Counted from the whole stretch's first letter, positions 25,896-39,124 are shown. The stretch is 61,220 bases of DNA, filler included, from Basidiobolus ranarum (GCA_040143965.1; 2 parts of 2 records of this genome joined end to end with filler, not necessarily neighbours in it), one strand, 5' to 3'. The notes: generated by a model not told the origin, from the sequence alone. Numbers and translations: made by a program.

Positions 25896-28278
25896 TCATC
25901 AAGTGAAAACCACGAGTTTTGTAGTAGGAGTAACATGTAATGGGGGAAAAGGATTTTGATATCAAATGAAGAGTATTTATTAATCCAGTAATCCAGTTAT
26001 GCAGTCAGCTATTAGATTTTCATCATAATTTGGAAGTCTAGACTTCAGTTTTTTGGAGATAGCTATTATAGCCTGCACTATCTCTTACACCAAGATATAT
26101 ATTTTTTATGATATCAATGTGCACACGAGGAACATAAACCATGTGTTACATACTTCCGTTTTTCAGGGTAGCTTTAGTAATGCGTTTAATTTAAATATTG
26201 CTTGCGAACCATGAGTAGAGGACTTTTTTTTATCAAACTATGACTAAGATATTCTAGCAAGTTTTAGAACGATCTCACAAACCATGAAGAAATTAAATAG
26301 CCTATATAAAAGCAACGCCTCCTATCAAGGTTGGATTACGATGGTGTGCTACTGGAGAAGATTGCAACGAAACATCCTATGTATTCTAAGTTTTTATGAT
26401 TCTAAAACAGGTACATACATTCCTACTAAAATGCTGTTTCGGGCTTTAGTTATAGGGATCCTCTCATCCTGAGTTACCGACTCTCATTAAAATCAATGTC
26501 CTGATGAGGGAGTTGGCGTTTAAGTCTCATCGCCTGATAACAAGTGATAAAATATAGTCAATGTAAACTGCCATGCATAATCCAAATTGAATAGATATAT
26601 TTATATCTTAACTCTGGATCAACATCAGTATAATGATAAGGAAAGCGTGTGGGTGTGACCACTTTATCAAACCTCCTTATATAGATGACTTTGTACTGAT
26701 ATGTATGTATACGATGGTGATTACTTTGCCCAGTTTACTTCAAAGCATTAAATTTTCAGAATCATTAGTACTATTTGATCGAGCTGAGCTAAAGGATCGA
26801 TGTCATAGAGCTTTTTGTGCTTTTACTCTCGAGTAGAGTAGGAATTTATTGAAGTGATTTTGAGATGGTATTTGCTTTTATGCAAAACACTTGCAACTTG
26901 ACTTCCTCAGTGATACTAGTATGAAGCGCTATAACGAATTACCTAATGTGTACACACTTTTCTATCACGGTGCCTTGACAGAGCTAAAGGCTACATTGGA
27001 ACATCTTGAATTAACTTAAGTCAAGAATCATTTATACATTACGCACGTAGGAAATGCTCCTTTATTTTAAGCAAGTGGTATAATTCCTACTTGTGTTTCA
27101 GACTACAGTAAGAAAAGGCTGTTCTGGTATAGAATGATCTACGGTCATGTTATGCTATCGTGGCACTTACTAAGTTTGGCCTAATTGTATACGATACAGA
27201 ACACGTCAGATCGTTAGGTATTCTAGTTACTGACTTCGACACAAGTATGTAAAGAATACTCAGATGGCTTCACTAAGAGTTTAAACACTATGATACAATA
27301 TCCACTATTCAATCCGAAAGATCATGAATATGCCCAATATTGACTTCCAATATACCAATATCCACTGTACCACTTGAGTCTTCTAACATGATCTAGACTT
27401 CGTCTATATTCGCACAATATTTTTTGACAGACAGGGCATAATCATACTACGACGCTGAACATTTATCTAAGGATTAACAGCGAAATTTGCCATCTTTTTG
27501 TTGATAAAGGGCTCGTACCCAAGCGAGTGAGCTCTATGTGTCAAAAGATAAGCTTAGTTTGATCGAAAGCTCTAGGCACTTACGTTACCCATACTCTTGC
27601 AATACTAGACACTCCATATTTCGAGGACATATTCAGAGGCTCTCTCGTGGGAGTGTGCAAGAGCATTCCACTCTACTTATTACATTTAATATGAGATTTC
27701 ATGTAGCATATTTGAGTTATCATCTAGATGGATCGCTTGGATTATCTGTAGCATTCAGAATTATGCCATTAGGTTGAGCTTCTGTAACAAGACAATCATG
27801 TATTCAAGCTGATCGAATTCCCCATTTTAGCTACAGATCTGATTTTCGCTCCAGAAGTGGATCTTCAGGCTATCTATCCAAATTGGTTGGTTACTGAGTT
27901 CAAGATCTTAGATGATATAGCCTTTTTTAGGAAAGCAAAGTCTTACGTATCTTTGGATTTTGACTAGTGTTCTAGACGGAATTGATTTCTATTAAAGCTG
28001 CATACTGTGGAGTTTCAAGCTTGGAGAGAGTTTCTGGTTGTATTGGGATTCTTTTTTGACTACGTCAAGTCACTGATGATAAATCGATCCTACGTACAAT
28101 CATGTTATTTGGCCAAAATTCCCAGTTTGGAAGATCACCGAATGATGTTTGAGTGGTTCTTTGGATTTGTATCTAGGCCTGTCGGTAGGAAAATGGTTGT
28201 TTATTTACAGATATGATTGGGGTTATTACTGGGCAATTCACTGCTCAAATTCAGCATATAGATCAAAAAATTCGTGTT

Positions 28279-28887
28279 TTATATATCTTCATAATAACGC
28301 GCTAGCACGTAATAAGCATCTTGGCTCAGCCTCAACAATGCTACATTTTCCATAGCCTTCTCAAAGTTATCATTATTTAACGAACGAAGCCAAGTATCAT
28401 CATCGCGTGTATATATCCATTGAAGTAGTTCAGCGAAACATTCAACATAGGAGACATTCAAATTCACATGATTGATGCCAGAAATGGCATTCGAACTAAG
28501 TGCGAGATCGTGCGGATACTCTTCAACTGTTGGAGAGGTTGGTGGGGTGGATTTACGAGTCAAGTCCCACAATATTCTACTATCCTGCACAAAGTAAAAG
28601 TCATGAACCCAAAACTGGTCAGAATTTCCCTCCTTGTCTATTATGTGCAAACAGGTGTTGGTAGAGAAATGATTGTTAAATAGAATTGCTCCCATTTGCC
28701 TTAAGTTTTTTAGAACATGGGACTTTGGTACTGTCTGGGTCTCTGAAATTCGAATATATTCTACTTGCAAAACAGGATTGCCTTGAATCTTTTCCCAACT
28801 CATAAGTGGTGCTTCAGTTGATGGAGTGTACAAGGTAGAGTGGCATGTTTCGAGAGGAGTCAGTGATTTGTCAGGCGATAGAATCAT
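28279..28887 (-). CDS. Hypothetical protein with BTB/POZ-like C-terminal segment
   Basis: Single 202-aa ATG ORF. The segment ECFAELLQWIYTRDD..NFEKAMENVALLRL resembles the F..LL.(W/Y)IYT helix pattern of BTB domains. Confidence 0.55.
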   Translation of the reverse strand: MILSPDKSLTPLETCHSTLYTPSTEAPLMSWEKIQGNPVLQVEYIRISETQTVPKSHVLKNLRQMGAILFNNHFSTNTCLHIIDKEGNSDQFWVHDFYFVQDSRILWDLTRKSTPPTSPTVEEYPHDLALSSNAISGINHVNLNVSYVECFAELLQWIYTRDDDTWLRSLNNDNFEKAMENVALLRLSQDAYYVLARYYEDI

Positions 28888-30601
28888 TGTGGTGACTTGG
28901 GGTTAGGCTTAACTAACACTTGAAAACCATACAAATAAATCTAAGAATCGGTAAAATTCAAGAGACAATCAGATCGTATTTATATGTTTCGGAGCCAGCA
29001 ATCTACACAACTTTCGCGGTAGCATACGCATTTCTGTTGATGGGCCTAGATGTTGATTTTTGCTACTCTATCAATTGATTGATGATTAGGTGACTATGGC
29101 ATCCTTGATATCCCCGCTATCCTCCTGATCCACATCCATAACTCAAACATAGTTTCTGGCGTTCATGCTAATACAATCTATGTGCATATCTATTGCCATG
29201 TGTCACAGCATCCAAGGACTGTTCTGATATTCAAAAGTAAGTTCAGCCTCGCTTGTTTACAAAGTATATTTACTAGCCATCGGTGTCTTGTCCTTTCCGT
29301 GAGATACAATGAACAGAGTTCACTATTCCAACCTTGCGGCTATAATCATTAGTGAGCTACAGCTATCCAGCAAAGTATCAATCATCCATAGGGACTTCAT
29401 TTAGCCGGCAGTATATCCCCTAACCCTCGAGTAATTGCAGGTGATGAGTGTGAATATAGTACGTACTTTGGCGTAGATTATTTTCTGAAACAGCGGAGTA
29501 TTTAGGTCCTACAAGCTCAGTACTATAGTTGAAATTTGTACCAAAATAGTAATTCAATATTTGAAATGATATATAGTACCAATCCGAATCACCCCACCTC
29601 GCCAATCGGCTTGCATATTCGATGGTATCTTGCGAGTTAGTATAAATTTGTGCCTTATTATACCGTCTCCCAATCCATATCCCAACTGAAAGCCCTTGAC
29701 TCCTCTAGCAGTGGCGTAGACATCTCTAAGGGACATTTAGTATTACTTGAGATGGAGTTCAATTGGAACACAATGAATTCCCATCGATGTATAGTGAATC
29801 GATCGAAGACTAAAAAAGCCTAGCATTTCCTATTGTTTGGCCACTGTGCCAATCTCCTACAATTTTACGACATGGAAATTATTTTGTGGATTAATTAGAA
29901 AGTGATAAATATTTGGTTGCTGATTGTAAAGATCACGGCTAACATCACTGCGGAAACTTGTTGACAGTTTCTCCCAGTTGTAAGATATTTCTGTTGCAAC
30001 TCATTAAATATGCACTCTGTTGGACTCCGAAATCCAGATGCCCAACTGTCCTACATTGTATACTCCTTGTCACTGCATGTTTGGCACTACTGGTAACCCT
30101 CTTTGCTCAGTATACGCTTCAGAGTCAGTGGGTTAAAAGATAGCTGGTCGTGGCTAAATAAAAGTGAATGATCCGATCGGCAGTCCATCAATCCCTCATT
30201 TTATTTGTTAGTAGAAACCGACCTACATGGTTCGCCAATGCATTTAGAAATGAATAAGCACCTTAACAAGTTAGACCAGGTACAAGCGATGATTCTCAAC
30301 CGATGATAATGATTTCTTTTATGTTTTGATATACACCGTTTTATGCTAATGACGAGTCAATTTTATCGTTGAGCACATACATATACTATAATTGCTCATT
30401 ATTATGCAATATATATGCATCTATCATGTGATATCAGCTTGGTGAATTATTTGATACCAAATTCTTTTCACGCTCTATCTATTGATAAATAGACTTACTT
30501 GTTCCATAGGGCCAGCGGTTATCATACCTTGGCTCAATGTTATTGTAGTAGAGTAAAAATGATAGGTATTGATCCAATCACAGGGTGCTGGAGAGTGCCA
30601 A

Positions 30602-30701
30602 NNNNNNNNNNNNNNNNNNNNNNNNNNNNNNNNNNNNNNNNNNNNTTAATTAATTAANNNNNNNNNNNNNNNNNNNNNNNNNNNNNNNNNNNNNNNNNNN
30701 N
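30602..30701. other. Assembly gap with artificial spacer (N44-TTAATTAATTAA-N44)
   Basis: Symmetric N runs around a 12-mer that places TAA stops in all six frames. Confidence 0.97.
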
Positions 30702-30761
30702 ATCGCTAGATTCGTATTGGCCACTGTTTATTAAATAGTGACGCTAACTTTGTCTTTCAAG

Positions 30762-30983
30762 ATATGCTTTGGAGTTGGAAGAAATCAAGAAGACCGTTAC
30801 CCCTGAATCTTTCAAGGAGCCTACCCAAAGAGGTGCTTCCAAGAAGGCCATCAAGAAGCTTTTCGAAGAACGGTAAGCTCAACTGATCTTACCATGAAGC
30901 GTTTGTCCATGTTACTAACAGTCTGATATTATAGTTATGTTTCTGGAAAGAACAAGTGGTTCTTCACCAAGCTTAGATTCTAA
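30762..30983 (+). CDS. RPL27: 60S ribosomal protein L27 (eL27), 3' exons only; 5' part lost in the gap
   Basis: Exons 30762-30872 and 30935-30983 give YALELEEIKKTVTPESFKEPTQRGASKKAIKKLFEERYVSGKNKWFFTKLRF*, the conserved eL27 C-terminus. Confidence 0.93.
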
Positions 30984-31457
30984 GCTAGAAGGAATTACTT
31001 CTGATGTGTGTCATATAGTTTCTTTGAATAAACTACATGAACATGCTTCTCATATTTAACTGTTTCTATGTTTTTCTCGGTGAACGTATATATGGATTTA
31101 CATACTGTCAACAAATTATTATTGAAATTGTTATTGTTATTGAAATTGATGTATGTTTGGTAATAAACTGCTCATAAAGGATCTACGATACGACAGCTAA
31201 AACACCAATACATAAGTAACCAGTTCATACACCGCAAAAGTTAATCTTACAGGTAGGTTACGTTTACTCTAGCGCTTGCACTAAAAAGTCTGGACCACAT
31301 GAAATGACTAGCTCATGGATCCCTGCCATTTTGCGCGTAAACAAGAAAGTCGACCAAAAAAAGATTGTGTGAAAAGTTGCAACTTTATTTACAAGTACAA
31401 CAGGTGAGAGAGTTAGATTCAGGATGGAGAAATATGTACAGAAAAGAAAATTTCCTT

Positions 31458-31500
31458 ACCCTGTGTAATATCCCTTGCTAACCCTGTGTAATATCCCTTG
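31458..31500. repeat. Short direct tandem duplication (ACCCTGTGTAATATCCCTTG x2, 23-nt period)
   Basis: Two identical 20-mers at 31458 and 31481. Confidence 0.85.
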
Positions 31501-31747
31501 AAATATGAACTTACCAATCAGTTATTGACATGGCTGTCCAAATCTCACCTCACTACGTACGATTGACATTCTGAAGAACATCAACAAATCCATATGTAAT
31601 TCAACACTTCTATATCACAAGCCCAAGTCTACGTTACTGTATTGCTTATTGAAAATACTAATAAATATATGATTGAGTCACTAAATGTTGGTTTATTGTC
31701 AAGAATGCCATCATAAACAAGATCGTATGTCACGAAGAAATAATAAC

Positions 31748-32401
31748 TTAGTTTTCCTACAAAATAGACTAGTTTAGATATTGCATGTTCAACATAGCGA
31801 AGAGGTAGTAGTGATGTACTTACGGGAATTTCGACTTCACCGTCATCAATAGCGTCGGTAAGATCCTTAGGGCTTTGACCGTCGACAGTACAACCGACAG
31901 AGAAGCATGTACCAAGAATTTCCTTAACGGTACCCTTCAACTCACGAGCCAAGGACTTGAAGCGCATGGTTCTGGCAATCTCGATAACATCTTCCAAAGT
32001 GATGTTGCCGGAGTGCTTGATGTTCTTCTCCTTCTTGCGATCACGGATAGGCTCCTTAAGAGCTCTGATGACCAAGGAAGAGGCAGATGGAACAACAGAA
32101 ACAGCGGCTTGACGGTTTTGGATGGTCAATTGGATAGTGATACGAAGACCCTTCCAGTCTTGAGTGGCCTTAGCAATATCTTGACCAACCTTCTTGGGGG
32201 AAAGACCAAGAGGACCAATCTTGGGAGCAAGAGCAGAAGAGGCACCAACCTCACCACCAGTAGCTCTGAGGTAGACTAAAAATGTAGCAAGTTAGCAAAC
32301 AAACTTCCACTTAGAATGATGGTGTGAACACTACTTTAGTTCATAAATGAGTCAATCCACTTACTAATCTTAACTTCGTTGGGATCGGCCTTTGGGGGCA
32401 T
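31748..32401 (-). CDS. RPL12: 60S ribosomal protein L12 (uL11), three exons
   Basis: [43 protein letters not shown]...[18 protein letters not shown]...EVEIP|EN*. Introns at 32276-32364 and 31757-31823. Confidence 0.97.
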
Positions 32402-32703
32402 TTTCTATATAGCTAATTAGATGGATGACCGAGGGAAAACGATACGATATCTAACACCAAAGGATGGCTGAAAAGGAAGAATTAGAAAGCCAATCTGATT
32501 TCCACTTAAAAACCTCTGAGCTGAAAATCGTGAACACTCATTCGCTACTCGGGATTCACCGGTTTGCCGGTTAACTTAGTCATTTAATGATTTTGGATCA
32601 CAAATTATCTGTGACTTCTAAAGTATATAGCCTGGATTCAGCAAAAGATAATACTTGAGATTGTGTATGTTGTCGCACGTCTTCTACCATTTATTGCTAA
32701 AGA

Positions 32704-35051
32704 ATGGATTTTCCTGAGCTAATCCGAAAACTTGTTAAGGATATAGAGACTCAAAATCCATACTCAAAAAAGTTTACTGATTATCATTTGCGTGAGTGGA
32801 CACCGTTAATTTACACCTTAAAACCCAGCTGGACTAGGTGAAGAATAAACTTTTCCTTTTTTTTCAGAGATTTGTTCAGCTAAGATTATTATCATTTTCG
32901 TTTAGTTCGGAATTTACTACTTTTACCGACGTACTACTTGCTGTCATATGTTCAACACAACAGTGTGGACTTTCAGAAGTCGCAAGCATTCAGGTAGCGT
33001 TTGGAAGCGTGTATGATATATTTATTTAATTGACTAAAAGGTTCAAATTTGACCAAATTGATAAAGTTCAACTGCCGTTTTACCCTAGAGGTTTTGAGTT
33101 CGAGTTTATGGGAGTGTATTTGTCCTGACTCGTATACTTCGTTGCTTCGTATGATTCATCAAGTTCAAACTGAAGAAGAAGAATGTAAGTAATATTGAAA
33201 TCTAGGATATTTACACCACTTGAAGTTTAACATTCTCAAACGAAATTTCTTCAAGTTATATGTCGTTCCCTTCTTTATGAGTTTTTCTTGGAGCATATTA
33301 AATCTGGAGGAATACAAAGTCCCGTCTTGAGTTGGATATTGAATTTTCTCTTGGAAGAATGTTCCCAATTTTTCTTCGAGTTCCCCGGAACCGAAGATAT
33401 TCGAGAAGAATTTTTGACTACTTTAGGAAGGGTAATTATATGAACATTTTCCATTCCTCAAAGTTCTATTATGTACTCTAGATAAAGTTGACTTACTATC
33501 TTACCCTCTATAGATTAGCCTCATTAGTGGTTACGATGATGTTGAGTTGAAGGATACTGTAGACCGATGCATCGCCCGTTTTGACAGAAGGGAATTCGTA
33601 GATCATGTTCAGCTACAGATTCAGAAACATATAAGTACCAAGTATGCTTTTCAAATGACCATATCATCATGATATCTCAACTCCGATCGGTACTAAAGGA
33701 TTTAACTGTAGGCTTAGAATGTGCATTGACGAACTAGAACAACTTGTGAACACACCCTCAAGAATGCAGCAAACTGCATGGCATCTATCAAAGGTTCAAA
33801 CATGAACAATCGCATAAACAGACACGTCCTTTATACTAACACAGTAGATACTCTGAGTTTAGATATTAACCTCGAAGGATATATATGACTGTGCACCATT
33901 GAGATTCCTGTAAATTGATTTATTCATGATATATGCATCATGGTCCATCCCATTTACATCCACATTTCCTGAATCCTAGAATCCAGTACTACGCTGGGGA
34001 ATTTCCAGATCAAGTATATCCCACTATAGACTATATGAGAGTACTGGGTACATTTGGCAAGCAAGAGACCCAGAAGGTGAGTTCTTTCTCATAAGGTATA
34101 TGTAAGTGCTGTAAGACTCACCCACTTTGCACCTTAGCTAAAACCACCGAAATGGCTTACTATATTTTGTTCAAGTTCCTTTGACCTTATCAAATTTGAA
34201 GTTGATTTGGGTCTTGGTATGGAGTCCATGTTGGAAGAGGATTTCGATAATGTACGGATATTTCATTTAACCTTTGCCGCGATGAATACCAACCAACATG
34301 AATTCTCTAGTGGATAGATTTTAGCGACTTTGAGGATTTATGGAAACCTGACGATTTAAATATTGCCATCTTAAGTAATCATTGTGAATATAATCATCGA
34401 CTTGTTGTGTTGGAAATTGGCGAGATACTTGGCAACACTTTAAACTCTAGGTTGGTCCAGTCCTATGTCATTTTTGTAAATCTTACGCGACTAACATCCA
34501 TATTTTGTACTTAGAATGTACTCAAGGTTATTAAGCGCATTAGGATTGATCAGTAATAACTTGTCTATCAACACCGACAATATGGAGGAGGTATAAATAG
34601 GTTGTTAAGTGACATCATGATCTAGCACTTACCTTTTCTTCCACAACAATAGACCCAAGAGTTGTCCAGACTTTTGTTAGATGTTTGGATTCATTCGATT
34701 CAACATTCAAATACCATATTTCATCGACTAGGGGAAGATTTGGAATTCGAGAAATATTTCAAAATAGCATGCGGAACATTTATATGGACTTGGAATTTTA
34801 ACCTATCTACAAGTATCAATACGGATTCTCATCTCATACTGCTGTTGAATCGATTGATACAATTACACGAGTACTATGAGAAGCATATGACATCGTCATA
34901 TTCCACGTTGCTCGCTTGTTTGATCAATAAGTTGGCTATGGAGTGTCCATTAGAGAGCCTACAGACAGAGACTATCTCTGATGTGGTAAAATTGTATCCT
35001 AACTTGTTATGGTTGATACGAGAACGTCTTGATAATCAGTCAAGCATATAG
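32704..35051 (+). CDS. Uncharacterised multi-exon protein (probably helical); family not recognised
   Basis: ATG at 32704 (MDFPELIRKLVKDIETQNP), a regular series of short GT..CTAAC/CTCAC..AG introns, last exon ORF 34662-35051 and an AATAAA just after the stop. Divergent from RPL12. Confidence 0.6.
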
Positions 35052-35438
35052 AATAGAGTATCAACCAAATAAATATGTTATTTAGTAATTCAACCGAAAT
35101 AACTGGCCCGGAGTAATGCTAGTTCATTATTTAATCTAGACACCATCATCATATTCTTTGTAACCGTTCATGTTTGGGTTAAGGGTTGATTTCTGAAACA
35201 ATGATTAGCATTTATATCATTGAGGCTTATAAAAAACCATGAATTCCCACTTTTTATTATGGGAAAGATTTCCAACCAATTTTTAGGTTGATAATTCGGA
35301 ATAAGTTCTAGCTCTCAAAGTTAAAATTTTGTTAGTAGTCATATATAGAGTTCGAAAAGAATTGTTTCAACTTGACATTGATAAATAATATTCATTAAAA
35401 TCCTTCTAGTTGTCATTTAAACCTGAACACTTACTACT

Positions 35439-36112
35439 ATGTCTGATAAAAGTGAACCTAACCAAGTGAACTTTTCCACCGAGAAAATCGTGGATTTTCA
35501 ACAAAATGTTGAACACACTCCGGAGCAACATGCGGCAACTGTATCTGATGCAGTAAAGGTAAAGTAAACCCTTTTCTTAAATTCAACCAAGTATGAGTTG
35601 AACCACAATTATCTTCTACAATTCTTTAACTCCATTCTCTTTTACTTCGACTATTGTTAACTTTTAAAATAGTCCATTTCAGTGAAAGATTTTTCCAAGG
35701 CTCCACAGATGCCCTGTTTCCGTGATAGTGTATTGTATGGTATCGGTAGTGGTACTGGTCTTGGTGTTGGTCATTTTTTACTTAAAAGTGAGTACTTTTC
35801 CTTGAGAGGATTCTTTTCACTTTATTAAACTTCTTTTCTATAGAAAGTATTAAACCTGCATGTAATTGGGCTGTTGGTGGGTTTGCCTTAGTTTCTATCC
35901 TATCTTGGTAAGTTTATTATAATAATGGTTTTATCAACTTCTACATAGTTCACTCACCAAATTGAATATGAAGGGAGGTGTGTCAATATCAAAGACGTGT
36001 CAAATTACATCAGATTGAGACCATTGTAAATACCTTAAAAGAGCATCAAATTCGTAAGAAACTACAACTAGAGAAACCTAGACCTGAGGAGAATTCACCC
36101 GAACAAAATTGA
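35439..36112 (+). CDS. COX20: Cytochrome c oxidase assembly protein Cox20 (four exons)
   Basis: Spliced product contains QMPCFRDSVLYGIGSGTGLGVGHF..IKPACNWAVGGFALVSILSWEVCQYQRR, the Cox20 two-TM signature. Confidence 0.88.
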
Positions 36113-36462
36113 TGTTTCTCATTGCATACCGCGCTTTCCATATATTCATAAGATTCGATTGACTTCATTGTTTGGTCTAATGATGATTTATTTCCCATCA
36201 TTCGTATATTGAAGGATGAAAAGAAATTGTGAAGACACAATAGAGAGCAAAAAGAAAGGAATAAACGAAGTGAAATATAATGATGAAATGTTTCTCGTTC
36301 TAAGAAAAAATCAGGTTTTCGACCCAGAATTTAGTAATACAAGAATGAACAAAGGGATTAAGATTCTTTGGATGCTATAATTCTCACACATCTGCTGATT
36401 TAAAACCATAAAATAGCAACATACATGAGAAATCTCTTTTTCATCTACGAAGGGAGTCATTC

Positions 36463-38428
36463 TTAACGAGTTTGAACAATATCATCAATCTTGAGGATCA
36501 TCTTCACTGTTTCGGCAGCAAGCTCGATGGCACTGGTGGACACAAGGAGGGGTTGGATTACATTCTCCTCAAGGATATTTGTAATGGTTCCCTTGCGGAC
36601 ATTGATACCGGCAGTCTTTTCACCTTGAGCATGCTTGTTTCTGAGTTCGGTAACAATACCAATGGGGTTCAAACCAGCGTTCTCGGCTAAAGTGGTAGGG
36701 ATAACTTCCAAAGCCTCGGCAAATGCTTGGAAACAATGAGCCTCCATACCCTTGAGAGTCTTGGCATGCTCCATGAGAGTTTGAGAAACCTCGATTTCAG
36801 GAGCACCACCACCAGCAACAAGAGCCTTCTTCTTGACTAGACATCTGATAACGCAAAGGGCGTCATGTAGAGATCTGTGAGCTTCTTCGAGTACAAGGCC
36901 ATTGGCACCACGGCAAAGGATGGAGACAGTGCGACCGGAGTTCTTGACACCAGTGACCTTCACAACACGAGTACCGTCGTTGTTAACTTCTTCAACAAGA
37001 TCGGCGTAACCCAACTTGTCTTCAGTGAATGAGTCGACATCAGCAATTGGCTTGCATCCAGTGCTCTTGCAAATAAACTCGACCTCCTCTCTCTCAATAT
37101 CTTTGATAACCAAAATCTTTAATTTGGAGAGGAAATGTAGGGAAAGATCATTTACGGCATCTCTAAGAATAGACTTCTGAATAAGAACAACATTACATCC
37201 AGCCTTCTTGATCTTCTTGCACATGTTCAAAAGATATTGTCTTTCTTCCTTCAAAATCTTATCCATTTGACGGTAATCGTTAACAATAACTTGATTCTCC
37301 ATGTCAGGCTTGGGTGGAGATAATTGGAATTGAATCAATCCGATCTTAGCCTTCTCTACGCGAGTAGGTCCGCCAGCAGATTTAATAACATTTTGAGTCA
37401 ACACCAAACCATCAATAAGTTCGGTATCATCGATAGTACCTCCGACTTTCTTGACAATACGGATATCCTTCAAATCAACGTTGGTTGCGGTGGCAGGGTC
37501 GATGACATTCATGACAGCATCAACAGCAATGGGTGACAACAAACTAGAGTATTGAGAGACGATCTAAAGTTGATTTTGAATTTAGATTGAATTCACTGAT
37601 ACCAATGATGCAACAAAGATGGTAATTACTTTGGAATTTAAGGATGTACTGGCACTCTGTAAAAGAGATTCTCTATCGGATAACTCAATCTTAGTAGCCA
37701 TTTCAGTCAAGATTTCGGTGGTTTTAGCAGCAGCACGTTGGAAAGATTCGGCAATAGTGGTAGGGTGAATTCCTGATGAAATGATTTGATTAGCTTCACT
37801 CAAAGTGAAAGATACATCCTATAATTGTTTACCTTTGGAGAGGAGTTTCTCAGCAGCAGTAAGTAAGCTACCAGCGAGAACAACTACAGAAGTAGTACCG
37901 TCACCGGCTTCAACATCTTGGGCGGCAGATAAATCGACCAACTATTACAAAAAAGGTAAATAGACATCTACTAAAGAGATCTGATTAAATAAATATGTAT
38001 ACCATCTTGGCAGCAGGATGCAAAACAGCCATGTGTTTCAAAATAGTAGCACCATCATTAGTAATGACGACTTCACCAGAGCTGGTTTGGATCTTGGATA
38101 CAAGTTAGAAATCGACATTATCTAGTATATATTGAGTAAGTAGATCGAACGTACCATCTTGTCCATACCCTTAGGACCAAGAGAGGTTCTAACAGCATCA
38201 GCAACGGCTGTATAAAATGATCACAAAATAGTTAAAACCAAATAGATTGAAAAGGGAATTTAAACTAAAAAGTGACTTGAAATTGGCGAGATGTGAGATG
38301 AAAAAATAAGCACCTTTAGCAGCAACAATGTTGCTAAGTCTGACTTCAACAGGCTTAGATTTGTCTTTGAAAGATTGGTTAGAACCAGAACCGGCGGCAG
38401 AAACGGGGGCTTTAGCAACTTCAGCCAT
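36463..38428 (-). CDS. CCT4: T-complex protein 1 subunit delta (chaperonin CCT4), multi-exon
   Basis: [97 protein letters not shown]. Confidence 0.97.
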
Positions 38429-38832
38429 TATGTATTAAAATTCAAAAACAAAAAAAGCTTGACAAAAGAGAGAAGCCTGGCAGGTTCACTGTTTTGACAA
38501 TTGCTAGAGTAAATTTTGGTTTACTGAAGTTTACCTGGGTTAGCTAGGGCAGGTATACATGATCTAAAATAGGTGCGAACATTCTAGATATATTTTTTGT
38601 TATTTGACATGATACTTGATCACTTATTTGATTTACTCAACTATTATAAAAAAGTATATATGTATATAGCTACGATTTGATGGTTGACGAAAAAAAAAAG
38701 TTGACCATCATTTTACTAGTCAATTGAAGAAAAAAAACACTCACAAATCTCAACCAATGCGAACCGAGTAATTTGAATTATTCATTATCATATCTCACAG
38801 CGTGTTTACATAATTCTTATCCACAATTCATT

Positions 38833-38962
38833 TTGATCCGAGTGACCGGTGTCGTCGTCACGTTACGTGTGGACACAACGGAGTCATTGGATCGCTGCGA
38901 AGATCTTGGTGTCTCAAAAGGTTTATTGGCGTTCTAATGAACTGAACACGTAGTGGATCAAT
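38833..38962 (+). ncRNA. Candidate structured RNA of unknown class
   Basis: GC-rich island in AT-rich intergenic DNA with several nested stems that rely on G-U pairs on the + strand. No known snRNA, snoRNA, tRNA or ribozyme consensus recognised. Confidence 0.35.
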
Positions 38963-39124
38963 AATTCATTGAAGGTGGTGCAAATAAAGCATATTACATC
39001 CAAAGATTAATTGAGAGAGGGATAGAAGTCTTAAATAATGTGCACGGCTAATCACGTTTTCATCAATATGTAATTTACAGAGAAGTAATATCAAAGAAGA
39101 GTAAAGTAGGGGCGAGAAATATAT

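Noticed and set aside
26200-28250. Short + strand ORFs suggesting a pseudogene
   Set aside because: Frames are interrupted and no family could be recognised, so it cannot be supported without a search.
30646-30657. TTAATTAATTAA palindrome inside the N run
   Set aside because: Artificial six-frame-stop spacer from scaffolding, not biology.
32734-32744. ATATCCTTAAC on the minus strand (and TTCCTTAAC at about 25744) as further U12 signals
   Set aside because: One is antisense within a + strand exon and the other lies in the inverted repeat. Neither has a matching partner site or flanking exons.
38833-38900. Possible SECIS element in the MCM5 3' region (minus-strand ATGA..AA hairpin)
   Set aside because: The 3' side lacks the GA of the non-Watson-Crick quartet, G-U pairing favours the other strand, and MCM5 has no in-frame TGA.
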